Below, piece by piece: positions 1 to 8,572 of a stretch of DNA of 31,085 nucleotides. Numbering within the stretch: position 1 is the first letter of the stretch; each line of letters begins with the position of its first letter. The position numbers and the translations under genes were made by a program. A model generated the notes under the pieces. It searched no databases. It was not told the DNA's origin and saw only the letters and a list, made by a program, of their open reading frames with translations. This DNA comes from a virus (taxonomy: Duplodnaviria; Caudoviricetes), in the IMG/VR virus record IMGVR_UViG_3300037634_000677, positions 1-31,085 of that record; one strand, given 5' to 3'.

Positions 1-1
1 G

Positions 2-1018
2 GCCTGGTGCTTCGACTGGGCTGGGCTCCTGTCGGATGGGTACGGCTACGAGTCGAAGCTCCCCATCCAGATGGACGGGACCTGCAACGGCCTCCAGATC
101 TTCTCCCTGCTCCTGCGAGATGCAGTAGGTGGGCAAGGGGTCAACCTCGTGCCCTGCGAGGATCCTCAGGACATCTACCAGCAAGTGGCAGATGAGACCA
201 CAGAGATCCTGCGTAAGGTCCTGAGGGAGTCCCCGGCCTCTGACGAGGGAGTGTGGGCTGAGAGGTGGTTACAGCTAGGCGTGGACCGCAAGCTCTGCAA
301 GCGACCAGTCATGACCCTGCCCTACGGGGTCACTCGGTTCTCCATCCGGTCCTTCGTCTTCGACGTGGTCAAAGAGAGGTCCGAGGGATCCAAGGAGACC
401 ATCTTCGGGACCCACCCGGAGACCCGAGAGGCCTGCAACTGGATGGGAGATCAGATCTGGGAGGCCATTGGCCGGGTCGTCATCGCAGCTCGTGAGGCTA
501 TGGACTGGCTCCAAAGCCTCGCCCGCCTCGCCAACGATCACACCAAGCCGGTGAGCTGGATGACCCCCTCAGGTCTGCCCATCATCCAGAGCTACCGTAA
601 GCATCGGAGCAAGCGGCTGGACCTCCACATCGGGGAGTCCATGCACCGGGCTCGGATCTCTGAGGTCACCTCGACCTTGGACAAGAAGCGACAAGCCAAT
701 GGCATCGCCCCTAACTACGTCCACTCCTTGGACGGTGCTGCCCTGGCTCTGACTATCTGTCACGCCCTCGACTACGGGGTCACCTCGTTCTCGATGGTCC
801 ACGACTCCTACGGGACGCACGCAGCGGACTCTCCGGTCCTGGCTGACTCCCTGCGAGAAGTCTTCGTTGAGATGTTCGACGGCAAGGATCTCCTCGGGGA
901 TCTTCAGCAGAGCATCCAAGACTCAGTACCCGGCGTGGACCTGGACCTCCCTCCTCGGCCCGCCTTCGGAGACCTCGTGGTCAGCGAAGTCTTGGAGTCT
1001 GAGTACTTCTTTGCCTGA
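2..1018 (+). CDS. gp1: T7-like single-subunit DNA-directed RNA polymerase, C-terminal part (5' truncated by the window)
   Basis: Frame open from nt 2 (AWCFDWAG...LPIQMDGTCNGLQ). Motif A DGTCNGLQ, motif B RKLCKRPVMTLPYG, APNYVHSLDG, motif C VHDSYGTHA, C-terminal YFFA as in T7 RNAP. Confidence 0.98.
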   Translation, partial: AWCFDWAGLLSDGYGYESKLPIQMDGTCNGLQIFSLLLRDAVGGQGVNLVPCEDPQDIYQQVADETTEILRKVLRESPASDEGVWAERWLQLGVDRKLCKRPVMTLPYGVTRFSIRSFVFDVVKERSEGSKETIFGTHPETREACNWMGDQIWEAIGRVVIAAREAMDWLQSLARLANDHTKPVSWMTPSGLPIIQSYRKHRSKRLDLHIGESMHRARISEVTSTLDKKRQANGIAPNYVHSLDGAALALTICHALDYGVTSFSMVHDSYGTHAADSPVLADSLREVFVEMFDGKDLLGDLQQSIQDSVPGVDLDLPPRPAFGDLVVSEVLESEYFFA

Positions 1019-1037
1019 CAACACTCAACGCTGGTTG

Positions 1038-1057
1038 ATTAAACCCACCCCTTAGAA
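1038..1057 (+). promoter_or_regulatory. Putative phage RNAP promoter (copy 1), predicted +1 G at 1055
   Basis: ATTAAACCCACCCCTTAGAA shares 16 nt (AACCCACCCCTTAGAA) with 9330-9349. It is intergenic just after RNAP and aligns without gaps to the T3 promoter AATTAACCCTCACTAAAG. Confidence 0.8.
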
Positions 1058-1094
1058 ATAAGAAACCTTCATTCCTCCACAGGAGCCACACACC

Positions 1095-1307
1095 ATGTCG
1101 GAACTGGACAACATCGAAGAACGCATTGAGCATTGGATCGGAGAGAAAGAGGCGGTGCAACGAAGCATCGACTCCCTCGAGGCCCGGCTGCAAGAGGTTG
1201 AAGAATCTCTCGATGAGCTGGCTGACCTCGCTGACCTCACTGAGTCTGTTGAGGACTCCGAGGAACAGGCCTGGTTGTTCGCACAAGATCTGGAGGAAGA
1301 AGATTGA
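1095..1307 (+). CDS. Small highly acidic coiled-coil protein
   Basis: AGGAG RBS at 1081-1085; 70 aa with about 26 D/E versus 4 K/R. Confidence 0.8.
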   Translation: MSELDNIEERIEHWIGEKEAVQRSIDSLEARLQEVEESLDELADLADLTESVEDSEEQAWLFAQDLEEED

Positions 1308-1585
1308 GTAAGACTTACACCGTCATCGCAGAGGGGGAGAAGGCGTGCAGCCTCCATCCTCCGATCTCTGAGGGAGAGGTGACCATCCTCACCCAGGACA
1401 TCGAGTTCCGGGGGCAGGTGACCAACACCTCGGAGACCTCCGTGTCTGTGCGAGGCTTCCGCAACGTGGTAAAGAAGTCCCGAGGCAAGTACATCGACGT
1501 TCGTACCCCGTTCGTCCTGCACTTCAGCCGGGGTGACATCATCGACCCTCGCAAGGGATCGTTCAGTGGGGGTCGGATCGGTTGA
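1304..1585 (+). CDS. Hypothetical protein
   Basis: TTG start overlapping the upstream stop, GGAGG upstream, phage-typical codons. Confidence 0.7.
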   Translation: MSKTYTVIAEGEKACSLHPPISEGEVTILTQDIEFRGQVTNTSETSVSVRGFRNVVKKSRGKYIDVRTPFVLHFSRGDIIDPRKGSFSGGRIG

Positions 1586-1848
1586 AGACTGACTTCAACC
1601 TGGACCAAGTGGTCAACGCTGTGCCTGACCACGTTGGACGACGAGCCTTCCGATTCATCAATCAGTTTGACCCCGACCTGCCCGAGGCGTGTGCCCTCGG
1701 TCTGAGCCTGGCCCTGCTCCGAGTGTGTGAGCACTGGGACACGGACCCCAAGCGATTCATGCAGGTCGCTGAGAAGATCTACCGCAAGACCGAGGCAGAG
1801 GAGCCTTACATGCGAGCAGTGGATCAGTTCATCCGAGAAGAAATATGA
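1582..1848 (+). CDS. Hypothetical protein upstream of SSB
   Basis: TTGA overlap with the previous gene; 88 aa, helical; phage-typical codon use. Confidence 0.7.
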   Translation: MKTDFNLDQVVNAVPDHVGRRAFRFINQFDPDLPEACALGLSLALLRVCEHWDTDPKRFMQVAEKIYRKTEAEEPYMRAVDQFIREEI

Positions 1849-1979
1849 CCCTCTCCGACAAGATCAAGTTCAGCCTAATAGCAGGAGTAGCTACATGCTA
1901 CGTCCTCGTCGCTGTTGCAGCAGGACTCGCTGTCCCTGCGGCTGCTATCTACGCCATCTACTACTTCGCAACCCACTAA
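1845..1979 (+). CDS. Small membrane protein (44 aa, absent from the ORF track)
   Basis: ATGA overlap; MTLSDKIKFSLIAGVATCYVLVAVAAGLAVPAAAIYAIYYFATH; long hydrophobic stretch; fills the gap before SSB. Confidence 0.7.
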   Translation: MTLSDKIKFSLIAGVATCYVLVAVAAGLAVPAAAIYAIYYFATH

Positions 1980-1997
1980 GCACAGGAAACAAACAAC

Positions 1998-2618
1998 ATG
2001 GCAAAATCAAAAGTTACCCCAGCAGGCACAGCCCAGTGGCCTCGTCTCAATTCCCCTGACACCAAGTTCGATGAGGACGGTGTCTACAAGACCGACCTGG
2101 TCCTCGGGGCTGAGGAGTCCGAAGACCTCCGCGAGGCCATCGACCAGATCGCTGAGGAGGGCTGGCAGAATGCTATCGACAAGGAGTCGAAGCCTGCCAA
2201 GAAGAACGCCCTGAAGAAGTTCAACTACCACGCTCCCTACTTCCCCGAGGAAGACGATCAGACTGGCGAGGAGACTGGCAACTTCGTGTTCCGGTTCAAG
2301 ACCAAGGCGAAGAACAAGGACGGCAGCACCAAGAAGCTCCCCCTTGTCGATGCCAAGAAGAAGCCTGTCGGTGAGATCGTAGGTAACGGCTCGACCATCA
2401 AGGTCGCCTTCAGCCCTAACGACTACCAGATGCCTACCTCCAAGCAGTACGGCTGCACCCTGTACCTCAACGCTGTCCAGGTTCTCGACCTCGTGGCAGC
2501 AGGAGGCGGCGGTGCCAGTGCCTTCGATGAGGAGGACGGCTTCGAGTCTGAGGAGGCCCCTGAAGAGGTCTTCGCTGGTGCGAGTGACTCCGAAGATGAG
2601 ACGGATGGCGACTTCTAA
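1998..2618 (+). CDS. gp2.5: Single-stranded DNA-binding protein (T7 gp2.5-like)
   Basis: TPAGTAQWPRLNSPDTKF, GNGSTIKVAF, LNAVQVLDL; acidic tail ending in Phe (DGDF). Confidence 0.95.
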   Translation: MAKSKVTPAGTAQWPRLNSPDTKFDEDGVYKTDLVLGAEESEDLREAIDQIAEEGWQNAIDKESKPAKKNALKKFNYHAPYFPEEDDQTGEETGNFVFRFKTKAKNKDGSTKKLPLVDAKKKPVGEIVGNGSTIKVAFSPNDYQMPTSKQYGCTLYLNAVQVLDLVAAGGGGASAFDEEDGFESEEAPEEVFAGASDSEDETDGDF

Positions 2619-2976
2619 ATATCGCTCAGGTCTCGAAGAGCGAAACGCCAAGCATCTAGAGTCCCTCGGGATCCCCTATGAGTACGAGAAGTTCAAGGTG
2701 AAGTTCGAGGTCAACAAGACCTCTACCTACACGCCTGACTTCGTCCTACCTAACGGGGTCATCATCGAGACCAAGGGTCGCTTCACCTCCGCAGACCGCG
2801 TCAAGCATCTGCGTGTCAAGGAGCAGCACCCTGACCTAGACATCCGCTTCGTCTTCAGTCGGTCAGGTTCACGCCTCTACAAGGGAGCCAAGTCCACCTA
2901 CGCAAGCTGGTGTGAGAAGCACGGCTTCCTCTACGCCGACCGTCTGATCCCCAAAGACTGGTTGGCAGATGTTTAA
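2605..2976 (+). CDS. gp3: Endonuclease I / Holliday junction resolvase
   Basis: YRSGLE, YTPDF, IIETKGRF, DIRFVF, YASWCEKHGF motifs; ATG 2605 is the likely start. Confidence 0.96.
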   Translation: MATSKYRSGLEERNAKHLESLGIPYEYEKFKVKFEVNKTSTYTPDFVLPNGVIIETKGRFTSADRVKHLRVKEQHPDLDIRFVFSRSGSRLYKGAKSTYASWCEKHGFLYADRLIPKDWLADV

Positions 2977-3307
2977 GAAACGGAAGCAAACATCGAACAT
3001 CTTCGTGTTCTACGAGGAGTTCGAGCACGACGCCAACGCTGATGACATTGATGCCCTGCATCGGTCTCGCGGTGGTCTGTGTAATGGGTTCCACTACGTC
3101 ATCCGGAAGGACGGCAAGGTTGAGCAAGGACGCGATGAGCTGGAGCACGGGTGGCATACCCCAGGACGCAACGCTGACACCCTCGCGGTGTGTTACATCG
3201 TTGACCCTGGCGGGGAGCCGAACGACCAGCAGGTTGGGAGTGAGGTACTGAGAACTCTCTCGGTTAAGTACCCTCACGCCGAGGTGATCTACCCTCACCA
3301 ACGATGA
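2969..3307 (+). CDS. gp3.5: T7 lysozyme (N-acetylmuramoyl-L-alanine amidase) homolog, apparently catalytically degenerate
   Basis: FKKRKQTSNIFV, GFHYVIRKDGKVEQGRD, GWHTPGRN, AVC align to T7 gp3.5; syntenic; Zn ligands partly missing. Confidence 0.85.
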   Translation: MFKKRKQTSNIFVFYEEFEHDANADDIDALHRSRGGLCNGFHYVIRKDGKVEQGRDELEHGWHTPGRNADTLAVCYIVDPGGEPNDQQVGSEVLRTLSVKYPHAEVIYPHQR

Positions 3308-3315
3308 ACCCAAAG

Positions 3316-3346
3316 AAGCCCCTGGCGAAAGCTGGGGGCTTTTATT
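3316..3346 (+). terminator. Intrinsic terminator-like hairpin
   Basis: AAGCCCCTGGC-GAAA-GCTGGGGGCTT followed by TTATT. Confidence 0.75.
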
Positions 3347-3372
3347 CGTAACACACACACAGGAGCAACAAC

Positions 3373-3549
3373 ATGAGACGCAAGATGTACCCCCGGAGGT
3401 TTCGGGAGAAGTCCGTCTTCTCCATCCCAGATGCTTTACTGAACAGCACATGGGGATGGGCAGATATGGGGAGAGAGATGGAGAGACGCAAGGGAACCCT
3501 TGAGCAAGAGAAGGAACGGAAGGCCAGTGAAGAGCGGAGGAGTCGATGA
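3373..3549 (+). CDS. Small charged protein (58 aa, absent from the ORF track)
   Basis: AGGAG at 3361-3365; MRRKMYPRRFREKSVFSIPDALLNSTWGWADMGREMERRK...; ATGA overlap with the primase start. Confidence 0.7.
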   Translation: MRRKMYPRRFREKSVFSIPDALLNSTWGWADMGREMERRKGTLEQEKERKASEERRSR

Positions 3550-5168
3550 GTGAAAGCGAAGCAATCCAAACCCAACTCCCCTGCGAAGACTGCGGGAGCT
3601 CAGACGCCAAGGCCCTATACGATGATGGGCATACCTTCTGTTTTTCTTGTGAGAGCCACCGACAGGGCGAGGTATCGGAAGATGCCCCGAGACCTGAGGA
3701 TACTCCTCGAGGACCACTCCTACCTACGGGAGAATACTCACCTCTACCGAGTCGAAAGCTAAAGGCAGAGACCTGTAAGAAGTACCGCTACTCCCTCGGT
3801 AAGTTCAAGGGCAAGACGGTACACATCGCCACGTTCTGCAACGACGCCGGTAAACCTGTGATGCAGAAGATCCGCACAGCGGACAAGGACTTCATCCAAC
3901 TCGGAGACAAGAAGAACCCTCCCCTGTTCGGGCAGCACATCTGCCGAGACGCTGGGAAGATGGTCGTGGTCACCGAGGGTGAGCTCGATGCCATGGCAGC
4001 AGCACAGGCAATGAGCCCTAAGCTCACCTGGCCTGCCGTGTCTGTTCCTAACGGAGCACAGTCAGCTAAGAAGCACCTGGCGAATCACCTCGAGTGGCTC
4101 TGCCGATTCGAGAAGGTGATCCTGGCGTTCGACATGGACGAGCCAGGACGCAAGGCAGCAGAAGAGTGTGCTGCTTTGTTCCCTCCCGGGAAGGCCTTCA
4201 TCGCACAGCTCCCCGCTAAGGATGCGTGCGAGGCCCTGCAAGAGGGGAAGTACAAGGAGCTGGTAGACAGCTTCTGGGGAGCCAAGGCCTGGAGACCTGA
4301 CGGCATCGTCTCAGTCAATGAGATTGTTGACGATGTCCTCACGGATCCTCAGCACGGTGCTCCGTTCCCTTGGGCCTCATTAACAGACGCCACGTATGGC
4401 CGACATCCCGGGGAACTACTCACCATCGGAGCTGGCACCGGAGTCGGTAAGACTGACGTGCTCACCCAGATGGTGGCTTATGACCTCAACGAGCTGCACC
4501 TCAAGTGTGGCGTCATCTTCCTCGAGCAGAGCCCACGACAAACTGTCAGGCGGCTGGCAGGAAAGATCGACGGCAAGCGATACCACCTCCCTCAGGACGA
4601 GGAGGGCTGGGACTCTGAGCAACTGGAGAAGACGGTGAGGTCCATTGGGGACCGGGGGACTCTGTTCCTCTACAACCACTTCGGATCCATGGACTGGGAG
4701 AACATCAAGGCCAAGATCCGCTACATGGTTCTGAGCCTCGGTGCCCAGCACATCTACCTCGACCACCTCACGGCGATGGCGGCGGCAGAAGAGAACGAGA
4801 AGGAAGCCCTCGAGCACATCATGGCCGAGGTTGCGGGCCTGTCACAGGAACTCCAGGTGGTCTTCCACCTCGTGAGTCACCTGACCACTCCTGAGGGAAC
4901 ACCTCACGAGGAGGGCGGTCGAGTGAAGATCCGACACTTCAAGGGGTCCCGGTCCATTGGGTTCTGGAGTCACAACATGATTGGACTCGAGCGGAACCAA
5001 CAGGCTGAGGACGAGGACGAGCGGTTCACTACCACCGTCCGCATCCTGAAGTGGCGAGAGAACGGGGAGGTGGTCGGACAGACCATCCCCATCAAGTACC
5101 AACCAAGCACAGGACTTCTATTGGAGTCCGATGGCATAGGAGCATTCGATGACGAGACTGGCTTTTGA
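3546..5168 (+). CDS. gp4: DNA primase-helicase
   Basis: Zn finger CEDCGSSDA...HTFCFSC, TOPRIM TEGELDA and FDMDEPG, Walker A GAGTGVGKT, LDHL, VSHL, KGSRSI. Confidence 0.98.
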   Translation: MSESEAIQTQLPCEDCGSSDAKALYDDGHTFCFSCESHRQGEVSEDAPRPEDTPRGPLLPTGEYSPLPSRKLKAETCKKYRYSLGKFKGKTVHIATFCNDAGKPVMQKIRTADKDFIQLGDKKNPPLFGQHICRDAGKMVVVTEGELDAMAAAQAMSPKLTWPAVSVPNGAQSAKKHLANHLEWLCRFEKVILAFDMDEPGRKAAEECAALFPPGKAFIAQLPAKDACEALQEGKYKELVDSFWGAKAWRPDGIVSVNEIVDDVLTDPQHGAPFPWASLTDATYGRHPGELLTIGAGTGVGKTDVLTQMVAYDLNELHLKCGVIFLEQSPRQTVRRLAGKIDGKRYHLPQDEEGWDSEQLEKTVRSIGDRGTLFLYNHFGSMDWENIKAKIRYMVLSLGAQHIYLDHLTAMAAAEENEKEALEHIMAEVAGLSQELQVVFHLVSHLTTPEGTPHEEGGRVKIRHFKGSRSIGFWSHNMIGLERNQQAEDEDERFTTTVRILKWRENGEVVGQTIPIKYQPSTGLLLESDGIGAFDDETGF

Positions 5169-6948
5169 CGTCGAGGGGAATGACCTCCTCGACAACTGCA
5201 CACACATTCACTGCATCGTCACCAAGGACTTAGACACCGGCAAGGTGAAGACCTTCGTTGACGGTGAGATCGGGCTGGCGATTGAGGATCTCGAGAACGC
5301 CTCGGAGATCTGGGCACACAACGGGATCAAGTACGACATCCCAGTGCTCCAGAAGCTCTGGGGTCTCCGGCCTCCTGTAGTCCGTGACACCCTCGTCACC
5401 CTCCGACTCATGCACCCCGACACGTACACCCTCGACGAGCCTCTGGTCAAGAAGCAGAAGCTCCCTCAGAACCTCATGGGATCCCACAGCCTCGCTGCGT
5501 GGGGCCACAGGATCGGTGAGCACAAGCAGGACTACAAGGGAGGCTTCGAGACCTTCAGCCAAGAGATGCTTGACTACTGCGTGCAGGACGTTGAGGTGCT
5601 CTACAAGCTGGTCAAGAAGATCGAGGCCAAGGACTACAGCCAGCAGGCCGTCGAGCTTGAGCACAAGTTCGCTGAGCTGATCTGGCTCCAGGAGCAGAAT
5701 GGTTTCGGGATCAACCTCGACAAGGCCCGCTCACTACACACCGACCTCATGGCCCGACACTCGGAGCTAGAGGATGAGTTGCAGGCTGCGTTCCCTCCGA
5801 GGATCCAAGAGATGAAGAGCCGGTACTGGGTTGCTACGGGTTACGAAGATGATCCGGAGTGCCTGTTCGACACGCTGGCGGATGCTGAGGAATGTGGCTG
5901 GGGTAGAGGAGAACTTGAACAGGGACCTCACAAGACCAAGTCCATCCCCTTCAACCCTGGGTCCCGTCAAGAGTGCGGGGATCGCCTACGACAAAAGTAC
6001 AAGTGGAAGGTCCCGGAGAAGCTCAGTGATGATGTCTTCGCGGGGCTCAAGTATCCCGAGGCTCAGCTCATCGCTGAGTACCTCATGGTCAAGAAACGAC
6101 TCGGTCAACTGTCTGATGGTAAGGCAGCGTGGCTGAAGCTAGAGAAGAACGGAGCGATACATGGAGCAGTCAACACCAACGGTGCAGTCACCGGACGATG
6201 CACGCACTCCCGGCCCAACATGGCTCAGGTTCCTAAAGCATCTGATAGGGTGCCATTTGGATCTCGATGCCGTGAGCTATTTCAACCTACACGACGCGGA
6301 TGGAAGCTCGTCGGGTGTGACGCCTCCGGACTCGAACTCCGATGCCTCGCACACTACATGGCACGCTGGGACGATGGAGCCTACGCCAAGGAAGTCCTCG
6401 AGGGTGACGTTCACACTACGAATCAAAAGGCTGCTGGCCTGGAGACCCGGGACCAAGCGAAGACGTTCATCTACGCCTTCGTGTACGGGGCAGGGGACGG
6501 GAAGCTAGGCGACATTAAGGGCAAGGGCCCTAAGGTTGGCAAGCAGCTCCGGTCCAAGTTCTTGGAGGACCTCCCGGCCCTCGATAAGTTAATCAAGGCA
6601 GTCAAGGCCAAGGTCGCCAAGACGAACACGCTGCTCGGTCTTGACGGTCGCATCCTCCACGTTCGATCAGCCCACTCAGCACTTAACACTCTGTTGCAGT
6701 CTGCTGGTGCTGTAATCATGAAGCAAGCACTCATCCACTTCTGTGAGGAGATGGACGAGAGGGAGATCCTCTACGGACTCTGTGCCAACGTGCACGACGA
6801 GTTCCAGGTGGAGGTCCCTGACCACTCAGCTTACGAGGCAGCAGCCATCGCAGAGTACTCAATACAGAAAGCCGGGGAGACCCTCGACTTTCGTTGTCCC
6901 CTAGCAGGAGAGGCCAAGGTTGGAAACAACTGGGCCGAAACACACTGA
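5149..6948 (+). CDS. gp5: DNA polymerase family A with 3'-5' exonuclease
   Basis: Exo FDVE, HNGIKYD, YCVQDV; motif A DASGLELR; motif B AKTFIYAFVYG (Tyr at the T7 Y526 position); motif C VHDE. Confidence 0.98.
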   Translation: MTRLAFDVEGNDLLDNCTHIHCIVTKDLDTGKVKTFVDGEIGLAIEDLENASEIWAHNGIKYDIPVLQKLWGLRPPVVRDTLVTLRLMHPDTYTLDEPLVKKQKLPQNLMGSHSLAAWGHRIGEHKQDYKGGFETFSQEMLDYCVQDVEVLYKLVKKIEAKDYSQQAVELEHKFAELIWLQEQNGFGINLDKARSLHTDLMARHSELEDELQAAFPPRIQEMKSRYWVATGYEDDPECLFDTLADAEECGWGRGELEQGPHKTKSIPFNPGSRQECGDRLRQKYKWKVPEKLSDDVFAGLKYPEAQLIAEYLMVKKRLGQLSDGKAAWLKLEKNGAIHGAVNTNGAVTGRCTHSRPNMAQVPKASDRVPFGSRCRELFQPTRRGWKLVGCDASGLELRCLAHYMARWDDGAYAKEVLEGDVHTTNQKAAGLETRDQAKTFIYAFVYGAGDGKLGDIKGKGPKVGKQLRSKFLEDLPALDKLIKAVKAKVAKTNTLLGLDGRILHVRSAHSALNTLLQSAGAVIMKQALIHFCEEMDEREILYGLCANVHDEFQVEVPDHSAYEAAAIAEYSIQKAGETLDFRCPLAGEAKVGNNWAETH

Positions 6949-7388
6949 TGAGCATCAATTCTTTTCGCTGTCGCACCTGCGACTGCAAGCTACGCCTCGA
7001 TGACAACTGGCCCGTTCACCGTGCCAAGAACCGTCACTACATCTGTGACGCCTGTAACAAGAAAGAGCAGAGCCCCAAGGTCCCCAACGGCCACGGGTAT
7101 GTCTACCTCCTCCGTAACGAGAACCACCCCGGTCGGTACAAGATCGGTAAGTCTCGCAACCCCGAGGCTCGCTGTCAGAAATTCAACACAGCCTGCCCCG
7201 ACCGTTCCTTCTCAGTGGTGAGGACTTGGTACAGCAAGAACTACTCCAAGCTCGAGGCGGATGTCCACTTCACTCTACATGAGTACCGACTCCCTGGGAC
7301 CGAATGGTTCGAGGGGGACGGTGAAAACTTTGAGGCCATCATCAATGCTCTATCTAATGCCCGACGCTCTCATGTCCACGCCGATTGA
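6948..7388 (+). CDS. GIY-YIG (T5orf172-like) nuclease with N-terminal CxxC...CxxC; possible free-standing homing endonuclease
   Basis: GYVYLL...YKIGKS..PEAR...LEADVH...EWF pattern; TGATG coupling to the polymerase; CRTC and CDAC pairs. Confidence 0.85.
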   Translation: MSINSFRCRTCDCKLRLDDNWPVHRAKNRHYICDACNKKEQSPKVPNGHGYVYLLRNENHPGRYKIGKSRNPEARCQKFNTACPDRSFSVVRTWYSKNYSKLEADVHFTLHEYRLPGTEWFEGDGENFEAIINALSNARRSHVHAD

Positions 7389-7596
7389 CCCCATCGAGAC
7401 CTTCTCGACGAATGAGCTCGTCACCGAGATCTCCAAGAGATTCGAGGGATTCATCCTAGCTGGGTACACGTTGCCCCGATGTAGGGGGGAGTACCCGCCT
7501 CAGGTCTACGCTGACACTGACCTGGACACTCTCGCAGAGATCCAGGAGCTCGGTGGCAAGTTCTTTGACTTCATGGCATCGGAGTTGAGCGAATGA
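7372..7596 (+). CDS. Hypothetical protein
   Basis: MSTPIDPIETFSTNELVTEISKRF...; overlaps its neighbours in a coupled fashion; start uncertain. Confidence 0.65.
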   Translation: MSTPIDPIETFSTNELVTEISKRFEGFILAGYTLPRCRGEYPPQVYADTDLDTLAEIQELGGKFFDFMASELSE

Positions 7597-8348
7597 GAAC
7601 TCTCCTCCTAGACGCCGATGTAATCGCCTTCAAGATCGCAGCGGTCAATGAGACAGCCGTGGACTGGGACGGTGATGGTGAGGATCCCCAGGTGTTCGCT
7701 AACGAAGCGGACGCCAGGGCCCAGCTCACCTCCTACGTGGATGAACTGCTGGACCTCACGGAGAGTGATGAGGTTGTGGTGTGTCTATCGTGCAAGACCG
7801 GACGCTACTACCGCCACGACTTCTTCCCTGAGTACAAGGCCAACCGTACCCACGGTCGGAGACCCGAGCTACTCACCCTGATGAAGGACGTGCTGGCTGA
7901 TGAGTACCACAGCTATCGCAAGGACAGCCTCGAGGCTGACGATGTCCTCGGGATCCTTCAGACCAAGCCTACCAAGGCATGGTCCGAGTCGGTGATCTGC
8001 ACCGTGGACAAGGACCTCCGACAGATCCCCGGGCTCCATGTGAACATGAAGACCTGGCAGATCGAGGAGGAGACCGAGGAGGCGGGGGAGTACTTCTTCT
8101 ACACCCAGATACTGACCGGCGACACCGTCGATGGTTTCAAAGGGTGTCCGGGGATTGGCCCTAAGAGGGCCGAGAAGATCCTCGGGGATCTCCAGGCCGA
8201 TGAGTACTGGCCTGCGATTGTCGAGGCCTACGAGAAGAAGGGCCTGACCGAAGAAGACGCAATCATCCAAGCTCGCGTGGCTCGCATCCTGCGACACGGT
8301 GAGTATGACTACACAAACAAGGAGCCGATTCTATGGAATCCACAATAA
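7593..8348 (+). CDS. gp6: 5'-3' exonuclease
   Basis: LLLDAD, YKANR, LEADDVLG, DKDLRQIPG, GDTVDGFKGCPGIG, QARVARILR. Confidence 0.96.
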   Translation: MRTLLLDADVIAFKIAAVNETAVDWDGDGEDPQVFANEADARAQLTSYVDELLDLTESDEVVVCLSCKTGRYYRHDFFPEYKANRTHGRRPELLTLMKDVLADEYHSYRKDSLEADDVLGILQTKPTKAWSESVICTVDKDLRQIPGLHVNMKTWQIEEETEEAGEYFFYTQILTGDTVDGFKGCPGIGPKRAEKILGDLQADEYWPAIVEAYEKKGLTEEDAIIQARVARILRHGEYDYTNKEPILWNPQ

Positions 8349-8572
8349 AAGTACCAGACCTGGATATGGCACACGCCCTCGCATCTTTCATCCCCAGTCG
8401 TATGTATGTTCTGTACGACCCCAAGCGGAAGAAGGTAAACGAGCCTATCCGCAGTACTAACGGGCCTTTCTATCGTAGTCAGGCAGCAGCCCGACGAGCC
8501 AACCGACAGTACGGGGGCAGCCTCCAGATCTTTGAGTTCACCGCTAAGGGTCCATACTTGGAGGTCGAATAA
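8333..8572 (+). CDS. Hypothetical protein
   Basis: AAGGAG upstream; TAATG coupling to the next gene. Confidence 0.65.
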   Translation: MESTIKVPDLDMAHALASFIPSRMYVLYDPKRKKVNEPIRSTNGPFYRSQAAARRANRQYGGSLQIFEFTAKGPYLEVE

